Source of the DNA: Christensenellaceae bacterium | GTDB taxonomy: Bacteria > Bacillota > Clostridia > Christensenellales > Borkfalkiaceae | Length of the DNA: 46,647 nucleotides | Assembly: GCA_045599025.1 (NCBI GenBank) | Contig: JAZRVG010000066.1 | Location: 1-46,647, forward strand | Direction of reading: 5' to 3' | Shown here: in pieces, positions 9,742 to 18,823 of the stretch | Position numbering within the stretch: position 1 is the first letter of the stretch | Layout of the letters: every line of letters begins with the position of its first letter | Position numbers and translations under genes: made by a program | The notes under the pieces: model-generated | The model's database searches: none | What the model was told of the DNA's origin: nothing | What the model saw: only the letters and a program-made list of their open reading frames with translations

Positions 9742-11700
9742 TCAATCTGTTATATCGTTAATTTTATACGCTACTTTTTGCCAGTATCTCGGCGACTTTG
9801 TAAAATCCGTTATATTAGTTACGAATTTTTCGTTTGCTACTGCGTAGGTTATACCGTATCTTATATAATCGTTATACAACTTTTCGCATTTAGAAACGAG
9901 TTCCGCTCTTTCCGCTCTACTTCCGTAATAATACCTTCTGTCCATAGTGTTATAGAGTTCCCAATAGGTAAGTTGCAATCTTGATTTTTGTATTCTGTAC
10001 AATTCTTCGTCCGTTGCATATTCTTCCGCCTCGTCAAAATAGCCGTTCAATTTCTCTATAAAATCTAATTTATAATCTCCGTATTCGTCTCTTTCAATAG
10101 GAAGATTTTCATACGGGCTACCGTTTACGGACAATGCGTTTATTTTTACGTTTTTAGCATAATCGCAAGTTTCGTCTATATATTTTCTTATATATTTATA
10201 GCCTTCTCCGTAATAGTATTTTAAGAATTCGTTAAGGTGATAATCGTACTCTCCTTCACTCATTTCGGGGTTCCAAGAAAGTTTTGCAAGAAGGTAACTA
10301 CGAAGTTCCGCAAATTCACCCGTTTCCAATCCTACGCCTTCACTGTAAATTCCTTTCGCACCTATTTTTGCAAATAAATTCATATTTTGTCTTAAAGTTT
10401 TAAAGTTTGGAAAAGGTGAATTTATTCTTAAATAGTTTTGAACGTAATCCCAAATAAAAAATCTGTCGGTAACTTTGCTCCAACCGTTTATAAAGTCGTA
10501 ATAACCGTTCGTGAACGAATATTCGCCTTTCCAGTTATAATTTCTTTTATCGCAATCTTCTTCTATCGTATGACTTCTACAAGAACTCGTGCAACACTCT
10601 ATTAAAACGTTTTCGGCCGGAACTACTCCGCCTTTCGGTGGTTCTTTCGTGTAACCGTACGCAAGAGTGATAACTTTTAAGTTCGGGTAATCTACTTTTA
10701 ATTTTTCCGCAACCTTATTTATGAAATTTAATAAAGTTCCCGACCTTCCGTATTTGTTATCGCTTACTTTACAGTTTTCACATTGACAATAATTATCGTT
10801 ATCGTTTTGCGAAACGTTTACGTATTCCGGGCTTGAGTTTAAAATAATTGCTTTTACGGCATTAACTACGATATCTACCAAATCTCCGTTAGTTAAACAT
10901 AATTGATTATTTTCGTAATTACTGTCGTGTATTCTTTCGCCTAAATTTTCCCTATACGCAAAATATTCGGGGTGTTCGGAATAAAGGCTTAACGGTACGA
11001 ATTTTTTTAACGTATGAACTAAATAAGCTTCGCCACCCGCAAACCTTACGCTTCCGCCGTAAGAAGATAAATCTCTTAAAAAATATCCGTTTATTTTTTG
11101 TTTAGCCGACCAACTTCCGTCCCTTGCACATAAATACATTACGTCTCTGTAACCAAATTTAGGATTTTCGGTCATTTCAAATTTATCGGGTATAAACACT
11201 CTGTAATCGTCGGGAATAAACTCAACGCTTTCGCTTAAAAATCTATAACCGAGTTTTTCTAAAAAAGAATACACTCCGTATAATATTCCCCTATCTCCGT
11301 TTGCTCCTATATACAATTTTTTACCGTTGCTTTTAAGCACGAAACCTTCTTCGTTAAGATTTTCAAGGCTTACGTCTTTAAAATCTTGCCTCGTGGTGTT
11401 TCCGATAATTATTTCGTTATCGGTAGAAGGAGTACCGTCTAAAACCGTTTGCAAGGTTATTCCCGTAGATTTTTCAAAATAACTTACGAGTTCCTTGCTT
11501 GCAAGTTTTACCGTATCGGTTGCATTTTCGGAAATTACGACTTTATAGGTAGATAAATCTTCTCCGTTATTTTTAAGTTTTATTAAATAGTTTTCTTGAA
11601 CGCTTGGATTTTCGTTATCGTTTTCTCTTTTTCTGTTAGAACAAGCGGTAAACGTAAACAAAATCGTAAACGCAAGAATAAAACAAATAATTTTTTTCAT
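9742..11700 (-). CDS. DUF4838-family lipoprotein (putative glycan-active enzyme), paralogue 2
   Basis: ORF track ORF 9742-11760. I prefer the ATG at 11700 (MKKIICFILAFTILFTFTAC, signal peptide plus lipobox). Cys cluster YCQCENC. Motifs shared with the paralogues. Confidence 0.8.
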   Translation of the reverse strand: MKKIICFILAFTILFTFTACSNRKRENDNENPSVQENYLIKLKNNGEDLSTYKVVISENATDTVKLASKELVSYFEKSTGITLQTVLDGTPSTDNEIIIGNTTRQDFKDVSLENLNEEGFVLKSNGKKLYIGANGDRGILYGVYSFLEKLGYRFLSESVEFIPDDYRVFIPDKFEMTENPKFGYRDVMYLCARDGSWSAKQKINGYFLRDLSSYGGSVRFAGGEAYLVHTLKKFVPLSLYSEHPEYFAYRENLGERIHDSNYENNQLCLTNGDLVDIVVNAVKAIILNSSPEYVNVSQNDNDNYCQCENCKVSDNKYGRSGTLLNFINKVAEKLKVDYPNLKVITLAYGYTKEPPKGGVVPAENVLIECCTSSCRSHTIEEDCDKRNYNWKGEYSFTNGYYDFINGWSKVTDRFFIWDYVQNYLRINSPFPNFKTLRQNMNLFAKIGAKGIYSEGVGLETGEFAELRSYLLAKLSWNPEMSEGEYDYHLNEFLKYYYGEGYKYIRKYIDETCDYAKNVKINALSVNGSPYENLPIERDEYGDYKLDFIEKLNGYFDEAEEYATDEELYRIQKSRLQLTYWELYNTMDRRYYYGSRAERAELVSKCEKLYNDYIRYGITYAVANEKFVTNITDFTKSPRYWQKVAYKINDITD

Positions 11701-11725
11701 TTTTATCTCTCTAAAATTAGGGAAA

Positions 11726-13675
11726 TTAACCTTGATAATATTTCCAAGTATGCGGTGCAAATCTAAAATCCGTAATATTTTGTTTAATATAGTAGTTAGA
11801 ATCGTAACGGATTCTCAAATCGCCAAAGTTATATTTTTGAATAGTGTTATACAAAAGTTCGTTTTCTTCCACAAGACGCTCCCTTTCCGAAGTAGAGCCG
11901 TATTTATAACGGTTTTCAAACGTTCCGGAAAGTTCGTACCACCTAAACGAAATTCTTGATTTTTCTATTCTTTCAATTTCTTCTTCGTCTGCCATTTCTT
12001 CCGCTTTGTCCCATAATCTTTTACAATGGTTTATCAAGGATAAATCGTAGGTTTTGGTTTTAAAATCGTAATCTATCGACAAGTAATCGTACATATCTCT
12101 ATCCCCTACCGTTCTTTCGTGGTCTTTGTCCGCATTAGTTTGTGCGTAATTTTCAAGATAGTCAATGTATTCTCTTATATTTTTCCAACCGTCGCCGTAA
12201 TAACCTTTTAAGAAATCGTCCATGTGATAATAATATTCCGCTTTGGTCATATCGGGATTCCACGCAAGTTTTGAAAGCAAATATACACGGAGTTCTCCAA
12301 ATTCGGCACTCGTTCCGCCGTGACCTTCGTAATACAAACCTTGAACTCTGTCGTCCGACAAGATTTTTCTATTTTCGTACATGGTTGTAAAGTTAGGTAA
12401 TACAGCCATATATTGAACGTAGTTTCCTACGTAAGTCCAAACTTGAACGTGCTTTGATATTGACATCCATTGTCTTAATAAATCGTTATCTTTCTTTAAT
12501 TTGTCACACTCGTTTTCATTTGTGTGTGAATAACAAAACGCCAAACAAACTCTTATAATCACGTTATCTCTCGGAACTACTCCGCCTTTCGGCATATCCT
12601 TCGTCCATTGATATGATAAAGTATCAACCAAAACGTTAGGATATTTTTCTCCGATAGCGTCGGCTACTCTGTTTACGAAATTTAATAAAGTTCCGGAATA
12701 TCCGTAAGTTTGATAACTTTGTTCACATTTTGTGCAATGACAGTAACCGCCACCTTGAATATCGTTTTGCGATATGGAAATCATAGTTGCGGTAGGCTCT
12801 TGATCAAGCCAACTTATAGCGTTTTTTGTAACTTCGGCTAACGCCCCTTCGTTGGTTAAACAAGGTTGAGTTGCTTTTCTTGCACTTCCGTCTTCACTCA
12901 TAGCAAAATATTCGGGGTGAGACGCCAATAATCTTTCGGGTAATAAACCACCGTCGCCACTTGCATATGTGAAAGTGTGAACGAGTCCACGACCGCCGTG
13001 TGCAAATCCGGAAGAACCGCCGTATTTTGCTTCGTTAGTAAGCGACGAACGTAAAAAACTACTGTTAATTTTTAATTTAACCGCCAAATCACAGTCCCAA
13101 GCGTCTCCATACATTATTTCACGGTAACTCGCTTGCGGTACGGTAGTTATATTTACGTCTTTTGCGACAAAAAACGTTTCGGGTATTTTTTCAACGTTAG
13201 TAGCGTAAAAACGGTAACCTAACATTTCAAGATAACTGTAAACTCCGTATAAAATACCACGTTTCTCGTTAGACGCTATTAGTAAGTCATTGTTAAAATT
13301 TTTGATAATATAACCTTCGTCTCCAAGCGAAGCGTAATCAATATTTTCGCAAATTTGTCTGTTAGTTTGACCTAAAACTATTTCGTTTCCGCTTTTTGCA
13401 ACGCTATCGTTTACTATAACCAAATTGCAAGAAGTTGCTTTGTTTATATATTTTTGCAATTCCGTTGCCGCATATTGTTCACACGGTGTAGCGTCTTCCG
13501 AAATAACAATTTTGTAATCGCTTATACTTTCTCCGTTACTTTTTAATTCTATCGGGGTATATGCTTCTTCCTTTTCTTTGTTTTCTTTATTGTCTCCGCA
13601 AGAAATAATAGTGAAAGAAAACACGCAAACAAGAAGTACCGTTATTATTGATTTTAATTTAAATAACTTTTTCAT
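11726..13675 (-). CDS. DUF4838-family lipoprotein, paralogue 1 (first gene of the operon)
   Basis: The ORF track start at 13690 is a GTG. The ATG at 13675 has SD GAGGG at proper spacing and gives MKKLFKLKSIITVLLVCVFSFTIISC (lipobox). Motifs GILYGVYSYLE, HPEYFA, CLTN, YCHCTKCE. Confidence 0.8.
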   Translation of the reverse strand: MKKLFKLKSIITVLLVCVFSFTIISCGDNKENKEKEEAYTPIELKSNGESISDYKIVISEDATPCEQYAATELQKYINKATSCNLVIVNDSVAKSGNEIVLGQTNRQICENIDYASLGDEGYIIKNFNNDLLIASNEKRGILYGVYSYLEMLGYRFYATNVEKIPETFFVAKDVNITTVPQASYREIMYGDAWDCDLAVKLKINSSFLRSSLTNEAKYGGSSGFAHGGRGLVHTFTYASGDGGLLPERLLASHPEYFAMSEDGSARKATQPCLTNEGALAEVTKNAISWLDQEPTATMISISQNDIQGGGYCHCTKCEQSYQTYGYSGTLLNFVNRVADAIGEKYPNVLVDTLSYQWTKDMPKGGVVPRDNVIIRVCLAFCYSHTNENECDKLKKDNDLLRQWMSISKHVQVWTYVGNYVQYMAVLPNFTTMYENRKILSDDRVQGLYYEGHGGTSAEFGELRVYLLSKLAWNPDMTKAEYYYHMDDFLKGYYGDGWKNIREYIDYLENYAQTNADKDHERTVGDRDMYDYLSIDYDFKTKTYDLSLINHCKRLWDKAEEMADEEEIERIEKSRISFRWYELSGTFENRYKYGSTSERERLVEENELLYNTIQKYNFGDLRIRYDSNYYIKQNITDFRFAPHTWKYYQG

Positions 13676-13727
13676 TTTTTTCGCCCTCACACACTATCAA
13701 ATATTGTAATAATGTTCATTATTATTT

Positions 13728-13756
13728 ATTTTAACTTTTTACCACCGTAAAATCAA
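13728..13756 (-). promoter_or_regulatory. Candidate sigma-A promoter of the glycan operon (TTGATT-17-TAAAAT on the minus strand)
   Basis: Plus-strand aatcaa at 13751-13756 and atttta at 13728-13733, with a hand-counted 17-nt spacer. Lies ~50 nt upstream of the ATG at 13675. Confidence 0.45.
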
Positions 13757-13759
13757 GAT

Positions 13760-13788
13760 ACTACGTTTTGATAAATTTGCACTACGTT
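13760..13788. promoter_or_regulatory. Direct repeat ACTACGTT x2 spaced 21 bp, abutting the -35 of the operon promoter (candidate AraC-type operator)
   Basis: ACTACGTT at 13760-13767 and 13781-13788. The start-to-start spacing of 21 bp equals two helical turns. Confidence 0.4.
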
Positions 13789-13857
13789 AAGATTTTTGTC
13801 AAATTATGTTTATAATTTTACATTTTATTAAGATTTTGGCAAATACAAACAATTATC

Positions 13858-13886
13858 TTGACAAAAGTTTAAATCCTTATTACAAT
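13858..13886 (+). promoter_or_regulatory. Promoter of the AraC-family gene (TTGACA-17-TACAAT)
   Basis: TTGACA at 13858-13863, 17-nt spacer, TACAAT at 13881-13886. Confidence 0.55.
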
Positions 13887-13917
13887 TAGTTTGTAAATTA
13901 AAAAAAGGGTGATAGTT

Positions 13918-14733
13918 ATGAGTTTTAAATTATACATTACGGAATTTTTTTCTCCGTCTAACGACTATTTTTCAAATATCAGCACGGTTAACGATAATAT
14001 TTTTCACATGCATGAATTTTACGAAATTTTCTATATGATAGACGGTTCTGCTATTCAAACGTTAGATAATAAAAAAAATACGTTAACCCCGGGTTCTGTT
14101 TTCATAATAAGACCTTTTGAACAGCATAAATTTGATTCTATAAATAACGAGCCGATATTATACCGTAACATAGGTATAAAACCGGAAGAATTCAAAAGAG
14201 TGTGTGATTTTTTATCGCCTAATTTATTTGAAACAATAAACGAAAAATCGTTCAACCCGTCAAACGTTTTACCTTTTGATTTGATAGATTACTTTGAAAA
14301 AAATATTCCTGCGGAAGATATTCAAAACAGCAAAATATTCAACGCTAATTTAAGAATAGTTTTTATGACGATTTTAACTAAACTTTTCCTTAATAACAAA
14401 TCTTCTTTATCTAACCACTGGTCAACTTCTTTAATACAAATTATGCAACAACCCCACGCCTTTAAAGTTAGTGTGTCGGAATTGATATCAAATATTCCCT
14501 ATTCCAAACCTCACGTTTGTTCGGAATTCAAAAAGAGAACGGGAAAAACCATTACGGAAATGTTTACCGATTTCAAACTGCAACACGCATATTATTTATT
14601 AAAAACCACGAGTGATTCGGTAACGCATATTGCGGAAGTTACGGGATTTTCTTCTTTGTCCTTCTTCAACAGAAGTTTTAAGAAAAAATACAACATTTCT
14701 CCCAAAGATTGCCGTAAAAGTAAATTAGTTTAA
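13918..14733 (+). CDS. AraC-family transcriptional regulator (N-terminal cupin-like sensor, C-terminal dual HTH)
   Basis: ORF track 13909-14733. The ATG at 13918 follows GGGTGA. The C-terminus has the typical AraC HTH strings (VSELISNIPYSKPHVCSEFKKRTGKT..., THIAEVTGFSSLSFFNRSFKKKYNISP). Confidence 0.85.
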   Translation: MSFKLYITEFFSPSNDYFSNISTVNDNIFHMHEFYEIFYMIDGSAIQTLDNKKNTLTPGSVFIIRPFEQHKFDSINNEPILYRNIGIKPEEFKRVCDFLSPNLFETINEKSFNPSNVLPFDLIDYFEKNIPAEDIQNSKIFNANLRIVFMTILTKLFLNNKSSLSNHWSTSLIQIMQQPHAFKVSVSELISNIPYSKPHVCSEFKKRTGKTITEMFTDFKLQHAYYLLKTTSDSVTHIAEVTGFSSLSFFNRSFKKKYNISPKDCRKSKLV

Positions 14734-14848
14734 CAATATAATGGACATCACAATTTGACAAATTAACCTTATTCTAATCAAAACTAAATCACAAAAAACT
14801 TTCACAAATCTAAAACTGTAAATAACAGACAATATTTTAAAAAAATAT

Positions 14849-14886
14849 AAAACCTCCCGTATAAAATAATACGAGAGGTTTCTTTA
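14849..14886 (+). terminator. Intrinsic terminator after the AraC gene
   Basis: aacctcccgt-loop-acgagaggtt hairpin at 14851-14880, followed by a T-rich tail. Confidence 0.6.
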
Positions 14887-15065
14887 ATATTTTCCTTATA
14901 TATAACGAACCTGTTAAAGTGATAAAGTAATGTAGTAGTTATCTTTTTATTTTAAATAATTTTACTGAAAAATTTACTTGATTTTCAAGTGTTTATTTTT
15001 TGCTTGAAAATATAAATTACAACTTTTAATGGACAATTTGTTGTTTAATTTTGCTCGGGAGTACC

Positions 15066-15107
15066 AAAAAGGTGGTATAGATTACATCTATACCACCGAT
15101 TTTTTTG
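15066..15107. terminator. Bidirectional intrinsic terminator
   Basis: 12-bp stem ggtggtatagat/atctataccacc (15071-15097) with a 3-nt loop, an A-run on the left and a T-run on the right. Confidence 0.7.
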
Positions 15108-15220
15108 TTTATATTGCAAAAGTGTTAAGTACGTTTTACACTTTATATTCCGTGCCGAGAATAAAATGTTTGAAAAATTTAGGTTTTAATATAATTTTTT
15201 ATACTCCGAATTTTTATTTC

Positions 15221-16159
15221 TTATAAACCCTCTTCGTTAATTTCCATACTTTCGTTCAAGTCAACTTCCGATTGTATATCGTCAAAATTTATTTGGTTTT
15301 GCTTATCGGTCGTCGGTCCGTTTAAGTTAGTTTTTTGTTGTAAATCCATAAGTTTTTCTTCAGGCAACGGCTCGCCAGCGTTTTCTGTAGCAGGTGCATT
15401 ATTAGATACTTCGGCTTGTTTTTCTCCCGTGAAACCTAATTCACGTATAGCACTTTCTTGTGCCTTCATATCGGCGTAAAGTCCTGCATTAGAATACCAA
15501 CTTGCAGGAAGTACTCTTGCCCAGAATTTTTGCCAACCGTTCAATGAATTGAAAGATTCTTTCTTTTCGGAAAGAGTTTTTAATGACAATTCCTGTTCCT
15601 TAAACACACCGTCTTTTTCTATAATATCCTCAAGTTCTTGAAGATCTTTTTCTCTTTCGTCAAATTCTTTCATTTTTTGGGCGAAATGTTTGTAGGGAAG
15701 ATACTCTTCCAAACCAATAGACCAACCTTTCAAACCGTTCAAAGAATCGGGGAAAGAACGGGTATCTTTACCGTTCCAAAATTTCAAGTTGCTTAAACTC
15801 ATATTATAATAATCTCTTTTAGAAGTTAAATCGGTATATTCTCTAGCGTGATTATTATTTTTTGCCGAATCAATTTGCTTTTCAAGTTCGCCTTCAATTT
15901 TAGCCTGAATTTTTTCGTACTTATTACGAGCGTATTCGTCGGCCGCTTCATACGTTTCCGTATATTTATCTGTACTCGTGTATTCGTTTCTTTCCTTGTT
16001 TAAGGCTTCTTTTTGTTCTTCAAACCATTGTTTAGATCCTTTGCCTTGAATCATTTGATTTACCATTGCGTCGTATTTAGAATGATATTTTTCGTCCATT
16101 TGCTCTTTTAGAACAAGAATCTTTCTATAGTTGTCCAAATATTGTTGTTTTGTAGGCAT
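15221..16159 (-). CDS. Hypothetical 312-aa charged, probably coiled-coil protein with an acidic tail (orphan)
   Basis: ORF track. SD AAGGAG upstream of the ATG at 16159. No motif that I recognise. Confidence 0.6.
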   Translation of the reverse strand: MPTKQQYLDNYRKILVLKEQMDEKYHSKYDAMVNQMIQGKGSKQWFEEQKEALNKERNEYTSTDKYTETYEAADEYARNKYEKIQAKIEGELEKQIDSAKNNNHAREYTDLTSKRDYYNMSLSNLKFWNGKDTRSFPDSLNGLKGWSIGLEEYLPYKHFAQKMKEFDEREKDLQELEDIIEKDGVFKEQELSLKTLSEKKESFNSLNGWQKFWARVLPASWYSNAGLYADMKAQESAIRELGFTGEKQAEVSNNAPATENAGEPLPEEKLMDLQQKTNLNGPTTDKQNQINFDDIQSEVDLNESMEINEEGL

Positions 16160-16353
16160 AATTTTTATCTCCTTATCTATATGTATCTATTTTATTTCCG
16201 TAGTTTTACGCTTATGTAATTCAAAACGTAATACTTAATTTTAATGATAGCATATTCCTTTTTTGCGTATAGTATATCAAATATGCGTCACAAAACCGTC
16301 ACACATATAAATAAAATTTTGTTTTTCGGTCGCTTGCTATATTTCTCTATTTT

Positions 16354-17469
16354 TTATAATTTGGTTACCGTTATGCCGTCGGAAACGTTGGCTACATAGC
16401 ATTTTGCAACGTAACCCGTAAGTTTACGGTATTCGTCTAATACTTCGTTTTTAAACTCTTCAACTTTATCTTTATTTACTATTGATATGGTTGAACCGCC
16501 AAAGCCTGCACCCGTCATTCTTGAACCTAAACAGTATTTGCTTTTTACCGCTAAACTTTGTAAAGTATCTAACTCAAAACCCGTAACTTCGTATAATTTT
16601 GAAAGTGAATTATGCGATTCGTTAAGAAGTTTTCCAAGCATTTCGGGGTCTTTGTTCTTCATTGCAACGGTTGCTTTTTCCACTCTGTCACATTCGTAAA
16701 TTACGTGTTTTGCCCTACTTTTTACGGGTTCTTTTAATAAGTACGAGTATTTTTCAAATTCTTCTACGCTTATATCCGCTAAACATTGAACGTTTAACTT
16801 TTCCTTTAAAACTTCTAATGCAATTTCCGTTTCTTTTCTTCTTTCGTTATACTTACTTTCAACTAAATTATGCGGTTTATTCGTGTCAATAATAACTAAA
16901 ACGTTATCGCCTAAATCAAAAGGAATATAACTGCTTTCTACAAGTTTACAATTAAGCAAAACTGCGTTGTCCTTTTTACCGCAAGCCGATGCGTATTGGT
17001 CCATTATTCCACAATTAACACCTACGTATTCTCTTTCCGCTTTTTGAGCCAAAAGTGCTATTTCTTTATTGGTTAATTTTTCGTCCGCTACGGTTGCCAT
17101 TGCCGAAATAGTTGAAACTTCTATTGACGCCGAAGAAGAAAGTCCGCTACCGAAAGGAACTTTACAGTCTTGAAGCATATCTACACCTACAACCTTGTAG
17201 CCTGCTTGCATATATTCGTAAATTGAACCTGCTATGTATTTTGCGTAAGGCGTTTCTTTATAAGAATCAAGTTTATCAATATCTAAACTGACTTCTACGT
17301 CAAGCGTAGTCCATTTTATATTGATTTTATTAGTGCCGTTTGCTTTTATATAAACGGTGTTGCATAATGAAAGTGACGCCGGTAATACTTTACCGCCACA
17401 ATAGTCAATATGTTCGCCAATAATGTTTACTCTACCTGCCGCCGTAATTTTATAATCGTAATTTTGCAT
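16354..17469 (-). CDS. galK: Galactokinase
   Basis: ORF track. Galactokinase signature GRVNIIGEHIDY and GHMP-kinase ATP motif PFGSGLSSSAS. C-terminal GAGFGG. Confidence 0.9.
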   Translation of the reverse strand: MQNYDYKITAAGRVNIIGEHIDYCGGKVLPASLSLCNTVYIKANGTNKINIKWTTLDVEVSLDIDKLDSYKETPYAKYIAGSIYEYMQAGYKVVGVDMLQDCKVPFGSGLSSSASIEVSTISAMATVADEKLTNKEIALLAQKAEREYVGVNCGIMDQYASACGKKDNAVLLNCKLVESSYIPFDLGDNVLVIIDTNKPHNLVESKYNERRKETEIALEVLKEKLNVQCLADISVEEFEKYSYLLKEPVKSRAKHVIYECDRVEKATVAMKNKDPEMLGKLLNESHNSLSKLYEVTGFELDTLQSLAVKSKYCLGSRMTGAGFGGSTISIVNKDKVEEFKNEVLDEYRKLTGYVAKCYVANVSDGITVTKL

Positions 17470-17540
17470 AATAATTTTCCTTTAAAAAATATAGTAAATT
17501 ATAGCACTATTAAGTCAAAATTGCAATAGAATATTATAAC

Positions 17541-17569
17541 TTGACAAAATGTCTTTTGAATATTAAAAT
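17541..17569 (+). promoter_or_regulatory. Promoter (TTGACA-17-TAAAAT) of the HD-domain gene
   Basis: TTGACA at 17541-17546, 17-nt spacer, TAAAAT at 17564-17569. Confidence 0.55.
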
Positions 17570-17590
17570 TATTCTTGGAGAATTTGTAAA

Positions 17591-18766
17591 ATGTACGAAG
17601 AATTATCACAGTCCACAATAAATAAAATAAAAGAAATAAACGGCGAGCGTGCTTTTAAAGACGAAAACGCCGTAAGAAGAAATAGTAACACTCACGATTT
17701 ACCGTCGGCACTCCGTTCTAATTTTATTAAAGATACGGACAAGATAATGAACTCTCCGTACTTCCCCCGTTACGCTGATAAAACGCAAGTTATTTCGTTT
17801 GACAAAAACGACGATATAACTCACCGCTCTATGCACGTGCAGTTCGTTTCAAGAATAAGCAGAACTATCGGCAAGGCTTTAGGTCTTAATTTGGAACTTA
17901 TTGAAAGTATTGCTCTCGGCCACGATATAGGACATACTCCGTTTGGTCACGCAGGAGAATACGCACTTGATAATATTTATTTTTCCCGAGAAAAACGCCA
18001 CTTTTTCCATAATTTACACTCGGTTAGAGTGCTTGAAAAAATCTTTCCTTTAAATATTACTTTGCAAACTCTTGACGGAATTTTATGCCACGACGGAGAA
18101 CTTGAACTTTCGGAATACAAACCTAAAAGTTTAAGCGGTTTTGAAGAATTTGACGAACGCATAGAAAAGTGTTACACCGAAAACGGTTATATAAAAAATT
18201 TAGTTCCTTCAACACTTGAAGCGTGTGTGGTTAGGCTTTCGGACATTATTGCTTATTTAGGAAAGGATAGACAAGACGCCGTAAGGGTTGGAATTTTAAA
18301 AGATACCGATTTTGAGCCTTCCGTTATAGGAACTTACAACGCCGAAATGATAAACAACTTAACCGTTAACATTATAGAAAACAGTATTCAAAAAGATTAT
18401 TTAAAGTTAGACGAAGAACATTTTAGCGCCTTACAAAACGCAAAAAAAGAGAACTACGAGAAGATTTACCGTAGCCCGTATATTAAAAATAAATTAAACG
18501 ACGTTTTACAACCTATGATGGAAAGTTTATACGAAAAACTTTTAAACGATTTAGAAAACAAAAACTTGTCTTCGCCGATTTTTACTCATCATATAAATTA
18601 TATAAACAAGCAATATTATAAACGTAGCGACGTGTACGGAGAAACTTCTAAAAACCAAATAGTAGTTGACTATATAGCAAGTATGACGGATGACTATTTT
18701 ATAGATTTATACAATTATTTATTCCCTAAAAACACGTATAAAATTGAATACAAAAAGTATTTTTGA
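17591..18766 (+). CDS. HD-domain dNTP triphosphohydrolase-like protein (dGTPase family)
   Basis: ORF track. Motifs HRSMHV...ALGHDIGHTPFGHAGE and LSDIIAY are typical of Dgt-like HD phosphohydrolases. Confidence 0.75.
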   Translation: MYEELSQSTINKIKEINGERAFKDENAVRRNSNTHDLPSALRSNFIKDTDKIMNSPYFPRYADKTQVISFDKNDDITHRSMHVQFVSRISRTIGKALGLNLELIESIALGHDIGHTPFGHAGEYALDNIYFSREKRHFFHNLHSVRVLEKIFPLNITLQTLDGILCHDGELELSEYKPKSLSGFEEFDERIEKCYTENGYIKNLVPSTLEACVVRLSDIIAYLGKDRQDAVRVGILKDTDFEPSVIGTYNAEMINNLTVNIIENSIQKDYLKLDEEHFSALQNAKKENYEKIYRSPYIKNKLNDVLQPMMESLYEKLLNDLENKNLSSPIFTHHINYINKQYYKRSDVYGETSKNQIVVDYIASMTDDYFIDLYNYLFPKNTYKIEYKKYF

Positions 18767-18790
18767 TTAACTTTTTCCGTATAAAATTAA

Positions 18791-18821
18791 AATTCCTACC
18801 GCTTTTGATAGGAATTTTTTA
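18791..18821. terminator. Hairpin plus T-run between convergent genes
   Basis: attccta/taggaat stem (18792-18798 / 18809-18815) followed by tttttt. Confidence 0.5.
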
Positions 18822-18823
18822 TT

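Noticed and set aside
15029-15226. 65-aa ORF in the 14734-15220 gap
   Set aside because: It has no SD and a hydrophobic/aromatic junk-like composition, and it spans the strong bidirectional terminator at 15071-15097.
17591-18766. HD-domain dGTPase-like gene as an anti-phage dNTP-depletion defence gene
   Set aside because: It is a single gene with its own consensus promoter, set among housekeeping genes (galK, ogg, degV). It has no defence-island neighbours and no mobile-element context. A housekeeping Dgt-like role is the simpler reading.
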